Shown in pieces: positions 27,329-37,262 of a stretch of 64,000 nt of DNA (position 1 is its first letter; each line of letters opens with the position of its first letter). This DNA comes from Candidatus Saccharimonadales bacterium. Its GTDB lineage: Bacteria; Patescibacteriota; Saccharimonadia; Saccharimonadales; DATKHC01. The position numbers and the translations under genes were made by a program. The stretch covers positions 24,153 through 88,152 of the forward strand of contig JBBQBA010000001.1 of assembly GCA_038317055.1 (NCBI GenBank). Reading direction: 5' to 3'. The notes below the pieces were generated by a model. That model was given only the letters and a program-made list of their open reading frames with translations, was not told where the DNA came from and did no database searches.

Positions 27329-28774
27329 GTGTTTATCATTAAGTTAATGACAGCTGAGTTGTTTCCTATAATAGATCCAGAAGACGAAAGACTGACTAGT
27401 CACGCAGATAATCCAATTTTTTTAGAAAATGGTGAGATTAATGAAACATATCTTCTTGATACATATGGAATTGGTATTACCGAAGCAAATCAAGAAGTTA
27501 CTTTTGGTCAACATCACGGCACAGTTTGGCAAATGCTAAGCGATGAGTCGTGCCCAGTAGGTGGACGATTAATGGAAGCATATAAAGAAGAAGGTACAGC
27601 TGGTACAGAAAAAGTACTAACCGGCTTCAATATGGCAGACCCACAGTTCTCGGTCAAAATTAGTGAATCTACTAGAACTAATATTACTGAGCTATCTAAC
27701 GTATTTCCGCAAAAACCAAAACAATCTGAAGTACCAACTAAAACTGATAATACTAATGAACATAGTAGTTCATCAACTCAACAAGCAACAATACATGATA
27801 TCGAAAAACCTAAATTAGCTATTGCTTCTCTAGACGAAAGAGAAGCTATAACTAACGGACCGGCTATAATTATGCGTAATCAACTTATTGATCCAAAAAT
27901 TGCTCATGTTACGGAATCAACTATATTTACCAGCGTCGAATCCCCGGCTATATTAGATACACCAAATATTCAAAACACTCAAACAAGTAATGTTGCACTA
28001 CTAGAAAGAGTTCATACTAAAACTGATATTTTAGAAAACGTAACTAATGTTAGTGAAATACTACAATTACAACCCTATCCAGATCATATTCCAATTCTCG
28101 ATACGGCAACCGAGACAGTATTTAGTACAGAAGAATCACCTTATACAGAACTTAAAATGACTGACGAAGATATATCATTATTTGAGGCAGAATTAGATAG
28201 TATTAAAGATCATCTTGAAGCAGAAAATATTGTTAGTTTGACTGATCCCACTCCCGAGGATGAAGTAATTGATTTCACCGAAAAACTCGACGAACCAATA
28301 ATAAATGAAATCACTAGATTTAGTGTCACACCGACTAAAGAAGATTTAATTGATATGGTAGGTTTTTATAGTTCTGAACAATTAGAATCAGCAATTTTAA
28401 CTATTGAGCACCTTAGTATTGTTGAACAAGCTATAATCGAAATACGAGCAAGTAGTGATGAAAATTCTGAAGAAATAGTAGCTCTAATTGATGAATATCA
28501 AGAATATTGCATTTTATTATTTGAAGAGCTTGGCCTAAATATAAACGAAGATGATATAAAAAGATTAATTGAAACTTTGACTATAGTTGAAAACACGCAG
28601 GAAACTAAAGAAATACAATTACAGTATGAAAGATTAAATAAAATTGGAACACGAGAATACCTTATAAATCAAAGTAACACATCTACTTTTAGTATAACTA
28701 AATTAATTAAACGCAAAATATACCCCAACTATAGACTTGGAGAATATATTATTGGAGCTATATCAACTAATTAG
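27329..28774 (+). CDS. hypothetical highly acidic cytoplasmic protein
   Basis: About 475-481 aa. There is no hydrophobic segment and the sequence is rich in E/D/I/T. The start is uncertain (GTG 27329 or ATG 27347). No family recognised. Confidence 0.45.
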   Translation: MFIIKLMTAELFPIIDPEDERLTSHADNPIFLENGEINETYLLDTYGIGITEANQEVTFGQHHGTVWQMLSDESCPVGGRLMEAYKEEGTAGTEKVLTGFNMADPQFSVKISESTRTNITELSNVFPQKPKQSEVPTKTDNTNEHSSSSTQQATIHDIEKPKLAIASLDEREAITNGPAIIMRNQLIDPKIAHVTESTIFTSVESPAILDTPNIQNTQTSNVALLERVHTKTDILENVTNVSEILQLQPYPDHIPILDTATETVFSTEESPYTELKMTDEDISLFEAELDSIKDHLEAENIVSLTDPTPEDEVIDFTEKLDEPIINEITRFSVTPTKEDLIDMVGFYSSEQLESAILTIEHLSIVEQAIIEIRASSDENSEEIVALIDEYQEYCILLFEELGLNINEDDIKRLIETLTIVENTQETKEIQLQYERLNKIGTREYLINQSNTSTFSITKLIKRKIYPNYRLGEYIIGAISTN

Positions 28775-29636
28775 GTTTCTCAAATAAATCTTTAGGCCAA
28801 AGTCTTTTTACTCGAACAACATTTATTTCTATAGCATATAAAGTAACTTCTGCTTGAAGATATATCCAAAATAACATACCCAAAACTAACGCGAATATAC
28901 CGTAGAATTCACTAGATCGTTTTAATTGATGTAGAATCAAGAATCCACCCACACTTTGTAGTATTTGCCAGAACACTGCCGCAACGACTGCTCCACTAAA
29001 TAACCACTTTGTTTTTACTTCCTTAACAGTAGCGAGTCGAAACACCATAGTGAAAACTAAGATATTTAGCAGGAGTGCAAATAAGGTGACCATCACTTTA
29101 AAGCCAAGTCCTTTACTCGAAATATTATTCGTATAACTTAAAAGTATGGTCGTTAATATCATGCCGCTACCACCTAGAATAATTATTCCGATACTTCTGG
29201 CGGTAGTATGCCAAAAATCTGGTCTTTCATGTTTTGGAATTTGCCATAAACTATTTGATGCATTCTGAAGTGCATTTGCAATTCCACGTGCACCATAAAG
29301 TGCTATGGCTATTCCAATAAATAGGCTTAAACCAGTCGCATGAATTCCGTGTATGTTATTGAAAATCTGTTGAGCAGAGACTGGAAAATAATGAAGTATT
29401 GCATCTATTACTTTTTGTTCAAATTTACTATTATGTTTAGTTAATAAATTTAGTACAGAGAACAATACTAGTAGTAACGGAAATAGCGAAACAAAACCAA
29501 AATAAGTGATTAAGGCAGCGTGGTTTCCAGCTTCATCTTTTCCGTATTTATTAAATACAGCAATAGGGAACCCAAGAATATGATGTTTTTTCTGAAGTTT
29601 ATTAAATGACTGAAATAAATTATCAATAATTTTCAT
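28767..29636 (-). CDS. YihY/BrkB-family membrane protein
   Basis: HAALITYFGFVSLFPLLLV..ARGIANALQNASNSLWQIP is typical of YihY. The start was trimmed to ATG 29636 (MKIIDNLF). Confidence 0.75.
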   Translation of the reverse strand: MKIIDNLFQSFNKLQKKHHILGFPIAVFNKYGKDEAGNHAALITYFGFVSLFPLLLVLFSVLNLLTKHNSKFEQKVIDAILHYFPVSAQQIFNNIHGIHATGLSLFIGIAIALYGARGIANALQNASNSLWQIPKHERPDFWHTTARSIGIIILGGSGMILTTILLSYTNNISSKGLGFKVMVTLFALLLNILVFTMVFRLATVKEVKTKWLFSGAVVAAVFWQILQSVGGFLILHQLKRSSEFYGIFALVLGMLFWIYLQAEVTLYAIEINVVRVKRLWPKDLFEKPN

Positions 29637-29664
29637 ATATTTTTTTCCGAGTCTTATATGTATT

Positions 29665-30507
29665 TTATTGTATGTGCCTACTTTTAGCCAGCGATGAAGT
29701 AAACAGAGCTCCAATAAAAACTAACGATAAACCAATTAACATTACAAACCAAAGATCATTTCGTACTTTGTCTCCTAGAAACATTATTCCAATAATACTT
29801 GGGACTAACACTTCTGCTGCTAAAACCAAGCTATTAACCTTGTTAACACGCTCTCGCTGAAGTGCAACAGCCAATAATACTATCGCAAGTATCCCAAATA
29901 CTATTAAAGCTATAGCTAGCCCTAATTGAATAGGTTGTTTAGTTATTTGGTTAAATACTATTAATCTAGTTACTATGCTGGTTCCGCCAAAAGCTAAACC
30001 CGCAAGTACGGCTATAGTGCTATTGACTAAATTTGATTTATTAATTTTAATAAGGGCCGCTGCAATTAATGCAATACCGATTGGCGTTAACACAATTGTC
30101 CACTTAAAAAGATTTGAAGTTGGTAATGCCCGGCTAGGTAGTGCGGTATAACTTAGCAATACTACACCAATTACAACAAATAATATTGAAAGCTTTTCGG
30201 ATTTTAATATTTTATGATTTAACCAATATTTATCAACTAGTGCACTTACAAATATACTTAATGCAATAAAGGATTGAACTAAAAATAACGGCAAGCTCCT
30301 AACTGCTACCAGAAAGAATAACCAACCTATAAAATCTAAAAATAGTCCAAAGAAATATGGCCCCTGCTTTATAAGTTTTATAAGATTTAGCGGATTAATA
30401 TTTTTTATATTTTCAGATTGTTTTGCACCTACTTGTTGTAGGACGGTTGCGACTCCGTAACAAATGCTCCCGCAAATACTTGCTGCATAAGGTAATATAC
30501 TAACCAT
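29665..30507 (-). CDS. polytopic membrane protein, DMT/EamA-like transporter (tentative)
   Basis: 280 aa with about 9-10 hydrophobic helices in two halves. No soluble domain. Confidence 0.5.
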   Translation of the reverse strand: MVSILPYAASICGSICYGVATVLQQVGAKQSENIKNINPLNLIKLIKQGPYFFGLFLDFIGWLFFLVAVRSLPLFLVQSFIALSIFVSALVDKYWLNHKILKSEKLSILFVVIGVVLLSYTALPSRALPTSNLFKWTIVLTPIGIALIAAALIKINKSNLVNSTIAVLAGLAFGGTSIVTRLIVFNQITKQPIQLGLAIALIVFGILAIVLLAVALQRERVNKVNSLVLAAEVLVPSIIGIMFLGDKVRNDLWFVMLIGLSLVFIGALFTSSLAKSRHIQ

Positions 30508-30553
30508 AATCAGTAGTTTACCATGACCTTATTAGGGTATTTTAATTACAATA

Positions 30554-30949
30554 TCAGTTTTGATTAGCTATTTTTCTACGATAAGAATAATGAACTATAC
30601 CGGCGATAACAGATATACCCAAAAATATAGCTATAGTATCACCAGGGCCTGTATTAGATAGGTTTTTATTAGTTGTAGTAGGAGCTGGTTTAGAATTTGA
30701 GCTACTAGTTGGAGTTGGGGTTGGTGCAGGAGTAGGAGAAGAGGATGAATTTGATTTAGATGAGTTACTGCCTTTGGAAGATGTAGATTTTTGGCTAGTA
30801 CTAGCATTTTTTGCACTTGGTCCTTTGACTTTATTGTCATCACGCAAATGAATTATCAGAAAAATGACAACGAGAATAATCAATAACAGACCTGCTACAG
30901 CAATTAATATCCGGCGTAAGCTCAAGTTCGATTTAATCTGATTATCCAT
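30554..30949 (-). CDS. small S/T/P-rich surface protein with LSNTG sorting-signal variant
   Basis: 131 aa with an N-terminal TM helix and an SSKGSNSSKSNSSSSPTPAPTPTPTSS linker. LSNTGPG lies at 30641-30661, followed by a TM helix and RRK. Confidence 0.6.
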   Translation of the reverse strand: MDNQIKSNLSLRRILIAVAGLLLIILVVIFLIIHLRDDNKVKGPSAKNASTSQKSTSSKGSNSSKSNSSSSPTPAPTPTPTSSSNSKPAPTTTNKNLSNTGPGDTIAIFLGISVIAGIVHYSYRRKIANQN

Positions 30950-31083
30950 AATTGTCTCCTTAACCTCTATAATTCGCGGTCTATGAACATTATATAATCA
31001 TTTAGTCAATATACCATAAGCAAGCTAATGTATTATTCCACTTTTCGAATACAAGCAATAAGCTATAATTGAACTATAAAACT

Positions 31084-31635
31084 ATGGATAATCTACCAAG
31101 CACAAACCCAACTGACGATAAACCAATAATTGATATTAATTCAACTTCCGATAATTCTAGTAATATTAGTATGTCAGAAACACAAGATCCACACCCTAAT
31201 AAGGTTGCCTCCAATTCATCAAACGATGAGATATCGCCAGATCAAGTAGAGGACTTAAAAAACGAAGCAATTGAATATGCAAAGGCTTACGCAAAGACTG
31301 GACTTAGCACAAGGAAAGAACCGTCACCTGACCTAGCTAATAACAAAGGTCCCTACTATTGGTGGGAAAAAGAAGCAACGTATGAGTCGAATACTTGGGC
31401 TATTTCTTTCTGGGAATACGATAATAATATATGGCAGCTACAAGCAACTAAAGTAGAGTTACAGCCAGATGGTCATAGTAGGATGACTGCATATAGTATG
31501 AGAAATGAAAATGATACTAGTTTTCCTGGCTTTCAGATATACAGAGAACAAAAAGACGATCGTTACCACCCAGCTGCTATTGAGGATATTGTTTATCTAA
31601 ATAGAGTACTTAAAGGTTTAGTAGACTCTAGGTAG
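31084..31635 (+). CDS. hypothetical protein
   Basis: 183 aa from ATG 31084. A TATAAT at 31064-31069 overlaps the alternative TTG start. No family recognised. Confidence 0.4.
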   Translation: MDNLPSTNPTDDKPIIDINSTSDNSSNISMSETQDPHPNKVASNSSNDEISPDQVEDLKNEAIEYAKAYAKTGLSTRKEPSPDLANNKGPYYWWEKEATYESNTWAISFWEYDNNIWQLQATKVELQPDGHSRMTAYSMRNENDTSFPGFQIYREQKDDRYHPAAIEDIVYLNRVLKGLVDSR

Positions 31636-31636
31636 T

Positions 31637-33193
31637 TCATTCACGCTTTAAACCCTCACCTGCTGCCTCATTCTTGAGAGCTGAAGTCAAAGGTTTTTCT
31701 TTTAAGAATAATGAAAAGATAAAACCTGTCATGGCTATAGGGATTCCGATTATATATACGTCATGAAAAGACAAAGCTAGAGCTGAATATAAATCATGAA
31801 CAAGCAATGCCGGTAAGTGAGCCAAGTGTGAGGCACCACTCTGAATTGTATTTGAATTAATACCAGCCGCCTTTGCCCCGGGAATAGTAGCATTTATGTG
31901 ATAATTTAAACGATTAACTAGCACTGCACCAAAAATTGCGGTACCAAGTGCTCCACCCAATGTCCTGAAAAACGTCGTTGCAGACGTCGCTGTTCCAAGA
32001 TCTGATCGATCAACCGCATTCTGAACTGCTAATGTCGTAACTTGCATAAACATTCCGATTCCAAGTCCAAGAACGATCATCCACAAAGACAAAGATAGCG
32101 TGGAGGTATGAAGTGAAATATGACTGAATAAGAAAAAGCCAACTACTATTAATAAATTACCAATGATTGGAAATTTTCTGTAATGTCCAGTTTTTGTAAT
32201 AATACGTCCGGATCCGATTGATGCAAATAACAGTCCCATAATCAACGGAAGTAGGTATAAGCCTGATTTTGTAGCGGAATATCCACGAACTATTTGTTGA
32301 TATTCGGGTAGAAATATAATTGCACCGAATAATGATATACCACCAATGAAACTTAAAATTACCGAAACTCTGAATATGTCGTTTTTAAATAATCTTAATG
32401 GCAGGATAGGCTCTTTTACTTTCAGCTCACATATAATAAATGCAACTATTAAAACTACGCTGGCAATTGCTAAACTAATTATTTGAGTAGATCCCCACGC
32501 ATATGTACTACCACCTAATACTGTTGCCAGAAGTAGAGAGACAATGGCACCAGATAGAATCGTTGCGCCTATAAAATCAATTTTATGTTCGGTTTTCTTC
32601 ACCGGCAAATTAAGACGAGTTGAAATTATAAATAATGCAAGAATTCCAATTGGAATATTAATATAGAATATCCATCTCCAAGACAAGTGATCCGTAAAGA
32701 ACCCTCCTAATAACGGCCCAGCTATACTGGCAATACCGAATACGGCACCAAAGTATCCCTGATATCTACCTCTTTGACGCGGTGGTATTATGTCTCCCAC
32801 TATAGCTAGAACTAACGCTATTAGACCACCTCCTCCCAAACCTTGAATAGCCCGGAAAAATATTAGTTGATCCATATTTTGCGAAAGTCCACAGAGTGCA
32901 GATCCAATCAGGAAAATAATTATAGCGTATTGAAATATTTTTTTGCGACCATAAAGATCACCAATTTTGCCGTAAATAGGAGTAGAAATAGTACTAGTTA
33001 GAAGGTAGGCGGTAACGACCCAAGATAATTTATTTAAGCCGTGGAGGTCAACAACTATTCTTGGCAATGCTGTAGATACAATAGTTTGATCAAGCGCAGC
33101 AAGAAGCAACCCCAACATTAACGCTCCGATAATAATCATTATTTCTCGGTGAGAACGTTCAACAAAACCATTATTAGAATTTTCTTTTTCCAT
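31637..33193 (-). CDS. MFS transporter, DHA2 (EmrB/QacA, 14-TMS) family
   Basis: 518 aa. MFS motif A-like [11 protein letters not shown] is present, along with [13 protein letters not shown] and about 14 hydrophobic segments. Confidence 0.85.
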   Translation of the reverse strand: MEKENSNNGFVERSHREIMIIIGALMLGLLLAALDQTIVSTALPRIVVDLHGLNKLSWVVTAYLLTSTISTPIYGKIGDLYGRKKIFQYAIIIFLIGSALCGLSQNMDQLIFFRAIQGLGGGGLIALVLAIVGDIIPPRQRGRYQGYFGAVFGIASIAGPLLGGFFTDHLSWRWIFYINIPIGILALFIISTRLNLPVKKTEHKIDFIGATILSGAIVSLLLATVLGGSTYAWGSTQIISLAIASVVLIVAFIICELKVKEPILPLRLFKNDIFRVSVILSFIGGISLFGAIIFLPEYQQIVRGYSATKSGLYLLPLIMGLLFASIGSGRIITKTGHYRKFPIIGNLLIVVGFFLFSHISLHTSTLSLSLWMIVLGLGIGMFMQVTTLAVQNAVDRSDLGTATSATTFFRTLGGALGTAIFGAVLVNRLNYHINATIPGAKAAGINSNTIQSGASHLAHLPALLVHDLYSALALSFHDVYIIGIPIAMTGFIFSLFLKEKPLTSALKNEAAGEGLKRE

Positions 33194-33284
33194 TACTTCT
33201 CAAAAATCTAAACTAAATATTTTTAGTTATTTATTTGGTTATTTATAACTATTATACCATTTTTTAATATTGAATTATAATAGT

Positions 33285-34238
33285 TTATGCTTTTTTAGTA
33301 TTTAGTTTTGGTACTAAAAGTAAAGTGATTAGATATAGTGAAAATACAAGTAAGACGAACATTATTATTACTGTTAACAAAACAAGCCACTCCATCGAAT
33401 GGTGGTAAGAGTTTAGTAGTACTGTGCTCTTAAGACTTATACTTTGATAGATCAAATAAGGTCGATTATTCCAGGCAATTAAAATTGGTGATATAAAGCC
33501 AACCATAAAACAATATTGATAAAGCTCGTGTGGTTTATGATGTTTTATTGCTGATATTGTATAGCCGAAAACTGCTGCAAATAATACCGCCTCCATAATA
33601 GAAAGACTTAGACCAAGTAGACCAATACTATAATGCGCAAGACTTATCGGATATACAAAACCTAAACCGATTACCCAAAAAACAAACAATGATTGAAGAA
33701 ATTGTTTAACCGGGATATCCTTGTCTAGATTTGGCTTTCGGTTTACGAAGCTTAAGCCTATTACTGTTATTCCAAGTAGCATAGTAATAAATAGCGTGTA
33801 TCCCGCAAATGACTGCCAGAATTGTTTACCCGTAACAAAATAAATTGCTAATGAACCGAGACTAGATGCTGCGATATAGCTTGATACAAGATATGATTTT
33901 TTAACAAGGATGTTTGCTTTAGCTTTTTTATTTTTTCGTATATATGTCCGGATAGTAGTTTTAATTATTATTGCAACTAAGGATATAATCAGAAACCAAA
34001 AAACTGCATTATTGATAACTATATTCGCGTTTCGCAATAAAATAAGTAAACAAAGTATCAATAATTCAGTGATAGAATTAATAATTTTCCATAATTGATT
34101 ATCAAGGGCTATGTTTGAATTTGACTTAGCTGAAAGTTTTGGAAATATTGAGGCAATGCAATAACCGCATTCCACCGAGAAAATAATAGCAAGTGAAGAA
34201 AATATAAGTGATATAAGTATTAATAAGATATTAGACAT
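33285..34238 (-). CDS. hypothetical polytopic membrane protein
   Basis: 317 aa with about 8-9 hydrophobic helices. No motif recognised. Confidence 0.45.
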   Translation of the reverse strand: MSNILLILISLIFSSLAIIFSVECGYCIASIFPKLSAKSNSNIALDNQLWKIINSITELLILCLLILLRNANIVINNAVFWFLIISLVAIIIKTTIRTYIRKNKKAKANILVKKSYLVSSYIAASSLGSLAIYFVTGKQFWQSFAGYTLFITMLLGITVIGLSFVNRKPNLDKDIPVKQFLQSLFVFWVIGLGFVYPISLAHYSIGLLGLSLSIMEAVLFAAVFGYTISAIKHHKPHELYQYCFMVGFISPILIAWNNRPYLIYQSISLKSTVLLNSYHHSMEWLVLLTVIIMFVLLVFSLYLITLLLVPKLNTKKA

Positions 34239-34293
34239 TTTATAGCTCTAAATTATTCCGCTATTTTTACAATCATATGCATAATAGTACCAC

Positions 34294-35949
34294 TTAAAAA
34301 TGTTTACGAATATGTTCCATGCTATATTTCCAATTTGCATCTGTCTTTTTGTGTGGATTAAAAATATTGTGAGGATCGAATATATGTTTGGATTGTTTAA
34401 ACAAATCAAGGATTTTCTTACCATACATTTCTTCAAGCCATGGTCCCCTAACGAGTCCATCATTATGTTCTCCTGATAGTGAACCTCCGAAACTTAAAAC
34501 AAGCTCATTGACTTCTTTCATAGCCGGTTCAAGTTTTGCCCTTTCGGACTCTTCTTCTATCTTCATGAGCGGTATAACATGGAAGTTTCCATCACCAACG
34601 TGGCCGGCTATTGTAGCCATCAAATCATATTTTGTGAGTATAGCCCTAAGTTTAGGTAAAAACTCTACTAGATGACTCGGAGGTACGACTAAATCATCAA
34701 TAAATGGTGCTGTGTGTTTATCTTTTACTTTTTTTCGAAGTAAATTAAAGCTCTCTCTACGCATGATTCTAAATTTCCAAGCTTTTTTGGTAGTGTTATC
34801 GTCTTCAATTCCTTCCAATTTAAAATTATGCTTGAGATCTGCTTGCATAGAATTAATTTGAGTATCAACTTCTTCTTGGTTCTGACCCGTAAATTCAATT
34901 AGTAAGATCATTTTTGGAATTCCCTTAAAGAATATTAATGCATCGGGGAGTAAACTTAAGGCAAGTTTAATAAGCCCTATCCAACCTACGGTTTTTCGAA
35001 AATATGGTAGAAATTTTATCGAAAACCATATTGTGTAGTTATCGAAAGACTCAAAACTTGCTGGTTTATGGGGTAACACATTGTTTATTACCTCACCAAG
35101 ATTATCTATGTTCTTCATAAAGCAAACCAATACACCCGAGAAAGGCTCTTGCTTAACAAGTTTAAAATTAATATCAGTAACAAATCCTAATGTTCCCTGA
35201 GCACCAACAAATAATTTAGTAAGATCAAAGATCCCAGTTTCTCTATCCCAAACATCCCATAGATTGTATCCAGTTGAATTTTTCGATACTTTTGGTTTAG
35301 CGTTTTTAATTAAATCATAATTTTTATCTATAAGTTCGTATAAGCTTTTATATAATCCACCTTCAAATGTTTTTGAAGCAATTTTTGCTTTAAGTTCTTT
35401 TTGATTTAGCGGTTTAAGTATGTATGTTTTACCATCTGATAAAACAACCTCAAGACTAGTTACGTAGTTTTCTGTCTTTCCGTATCGAAGAGATAGTTCA
35501 CCGCCTGAATTATTGTTAACCATACCACCGACAGTACAAAGTTCTCGTGATGCCGGGAAACTAGGCATAAGTGCTTTCCTTGCTAAAGTTAGTTTTTCAA
35601 AGTCTCTATAAAAAACACCTGGTTGAGTTTGTGCAAAATGTTCACTGACATTTTCGACCTTATTAAAATATTTATTAAAATCTACTATTACAGAATCATT
35701 AATTGCTCCTCCTGACATATCTGTTCCTGCACTTCTTGCAGTTATTGATAGATTCGGCATTTTAACTCGATGTTTTTCAACAGAACTTATGATCTTTTGG
35801 ACGTCTTCTTTATTTTTTGGAAAAAGAATCAATTTTGGCATCAACTCAAACATTGATGCGTCGTGGCTGTAATTATCTCTAGATTGAACGGACTCATCAA
35901 TGTCTCCTTCAAACTTTTTTTGTTTTAGTGTAGCAATGAACTGCTCCAT
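34294..35949 (-). CDS. FAD-linked oxidase (GlcD / D-lactate dehydrogenase-like)
   Basis: ITARSAGTDMSGGA is FAD_binding_4-like. The C-terminus reads GHVGDGNFHV..GSLSGEHNDG..FDPHNIFNP. Confidence 0.85.
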   Translation of the reverse strand: MEQFIATLKQKKFEGDIDESVQSRDNYSHDASMFELMPKLILFPKNKEDVQKIISSVEKHRVKMPNLSITARSAGTDMSGGAINDSVIVDFNKYFNKVENVSEHFAQTQPGVFYRDFEKLTLARKALMPSFPASRELCTVGGMVNNNSGGELSLRYGKTENYVTSLEVVLSDGKTYILKPLNQKELKAKIASKTFEGGLYKSLYELIDKNYDLIKNAKPKVSKNSTGYNLWDVWDRETGIFDLTKLFVGAQGTLGFVTDINFKLVKQEPFSGVLVCFMKNIDNLGEVINNVLPHKPASFESFDNYTIWFSIKFLPYFRKTVGWIGLIKLALSLLPDALIFFKGIPKMILLIEFTGQNQEEVDTQINSMQADLKHNFKLEGIEDDNTTKKAWKFRIMRRESFNLLRKKVKDKHTAPFIDDLVVPPSHLVEFLPKLRAILTKYDLMATIAGHVGDGNFHVIPLMKIEEESERAKLEPAMKEVNELVLSFGGSLSGEHNDGLVRGPWLEEMYGKKILDLFKQSKHIFDPHNIFNPHKKTDANWKYSMEHIRKHF

Positions 35950-36057
35950 AATAGCTTAAGCTTACATATTTCTTATATTTATAGCAATAACTATCTGTAA
36001 AATGAACAATTGTGTGTTAACATTAGCTTAATAAAATTTATCAAATAGGTACTTAAT

Positions 36058-37239
36058 TTGGCAAAATACAAAGTTGTAATTGTGGGCGGAGGATTTGGTG
36101 GTACAAAGGCCGCATTAGAACTAGCCAAAAGTCATCATTTTGATGTAACACTAATTCATGATCATCCCGATTTCCGTTATTATCCTACTTTGTATGAAAC
36201 GGCTACTGGTGGGAAAAGATCAATATCATCGATTCCACTTACAGAAATATTTGCTAAGTTGCCAATTAACTTAGTTGAGGATGAATTAATTGATATTGAT
36301 CGGCACACTCATTCAATATCAACAAAAAGTAAAAAGATTTATCATTATGACGCATTGATATTAGCTCTTGGTGTAAAAACAAATTTCTTTCATATTGAAG
36401 GTCTTGAACAATATTCTTTTGGTATAAAAACCATTGACGATGCCGAAAGATTAAAAGAACACTTACATAAACAGATAGTTGATGAACGAAAACCTGATCA
36501 CAATTATGTAATTGTTGGTGGTGGTCCGACAGGAATTGAACTTGCAGGTGTATTACCTCATTATATTCATAAGATTATCCATAAACACGGTTTACCTGAT
36601 GCGACAGTACATGTGGATTTGGTTGAAGCAGCACCCCGTTTATTACCAAGATCTTCTAAAAAATTATCTAAAAAAGTTGCCAAACATTTAAAGAAAAATG
36701 GCGTTAAAATACTTTTAAATACGGCCGTTCAGGCTGAATCAGCGGACGAATTATTAGTTAATAATAAGCCAATAAGATCACATAGTGTTATATGGACTGC
36801 CGGTATGGCAAATCATCCTTTTTTTGCTGATCATAATTTTCAAGTTACAGATAAAGGTCGTGTCCGTGTAGATCAATACTTGCAAGCTGAACCAGGTATA
36901 TACGTAATTGGAGATAATGCAGATACTCCTTACAGCGGCATGGCCCAGACGGCTATATACGATGGTAAATTTGTTTCAGAAAACATTAAAAGGTTCGCTA
37001 CAAAGAAAGAAGTTATTCCTTATAAAGCCAAAAAACCAATATATGTTTTTGCCGCAGGAAAAAATTGGTCTGCAGTAAAATGGGGACCATTAGAAATATA
37101 CGGTAGGATTGGTAGTTGGATAAGAAGATTCGCAGATTTAGTAGGTTTTCATGATTATGAACCTTGGCAACTTGCTACAGGTAAGCTAATCGAAGAATAT
37201 GAGAGCGAAGATAGTTGTCCTGTTTGTGAAAAAATCTGA
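36058..37239 (+). CDS. ndh: type II NADH:quinone oxidoreductase (NDH-2)
   Basis: Two Rossmann motifs, VVIVGGGFGGTKAA and VIVGGGPTGIELAG. IWTAGM and YVIGDNA are present. TTG start. Confidence 0.85.
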   Translation: MAKYKVVIVGGGFGGTKAALELAKSHHFDVTLIHDHPDFRYYPTLYETATGGKRSISSIPLTEIFAKLPINLVEDELIDIDRHTHSISTKSKKIYHYDALILALGVKTNFFHIEGLEQYSFGIKTIDDAERLKEHLHKQIVDERKPDHNYVIVGGGPTGIELAGVLPHYIHKIIHKHGLPDATVHVDLVEAAPRLLPRSSKKLSKKVAKHLKKNGVKILLNTAVQAESADELLVNNKPIRSHSVIWTAGMANHPFFADHNFQVTDKGRVRVDQYLQAEPGIYVIGDNADTPYSGMAQTAIYDGKFVSENIKRFATKKEVIPYKAKKPIYVFAAGKNWSAVKWGPLEIYGRIGSWIRRFADLVGFHDYEPWQLATGKLIEEYESEDSCPVCEKI

Positions 37240-37262
37240 ACTTCCTATTACAAAATAAATAA

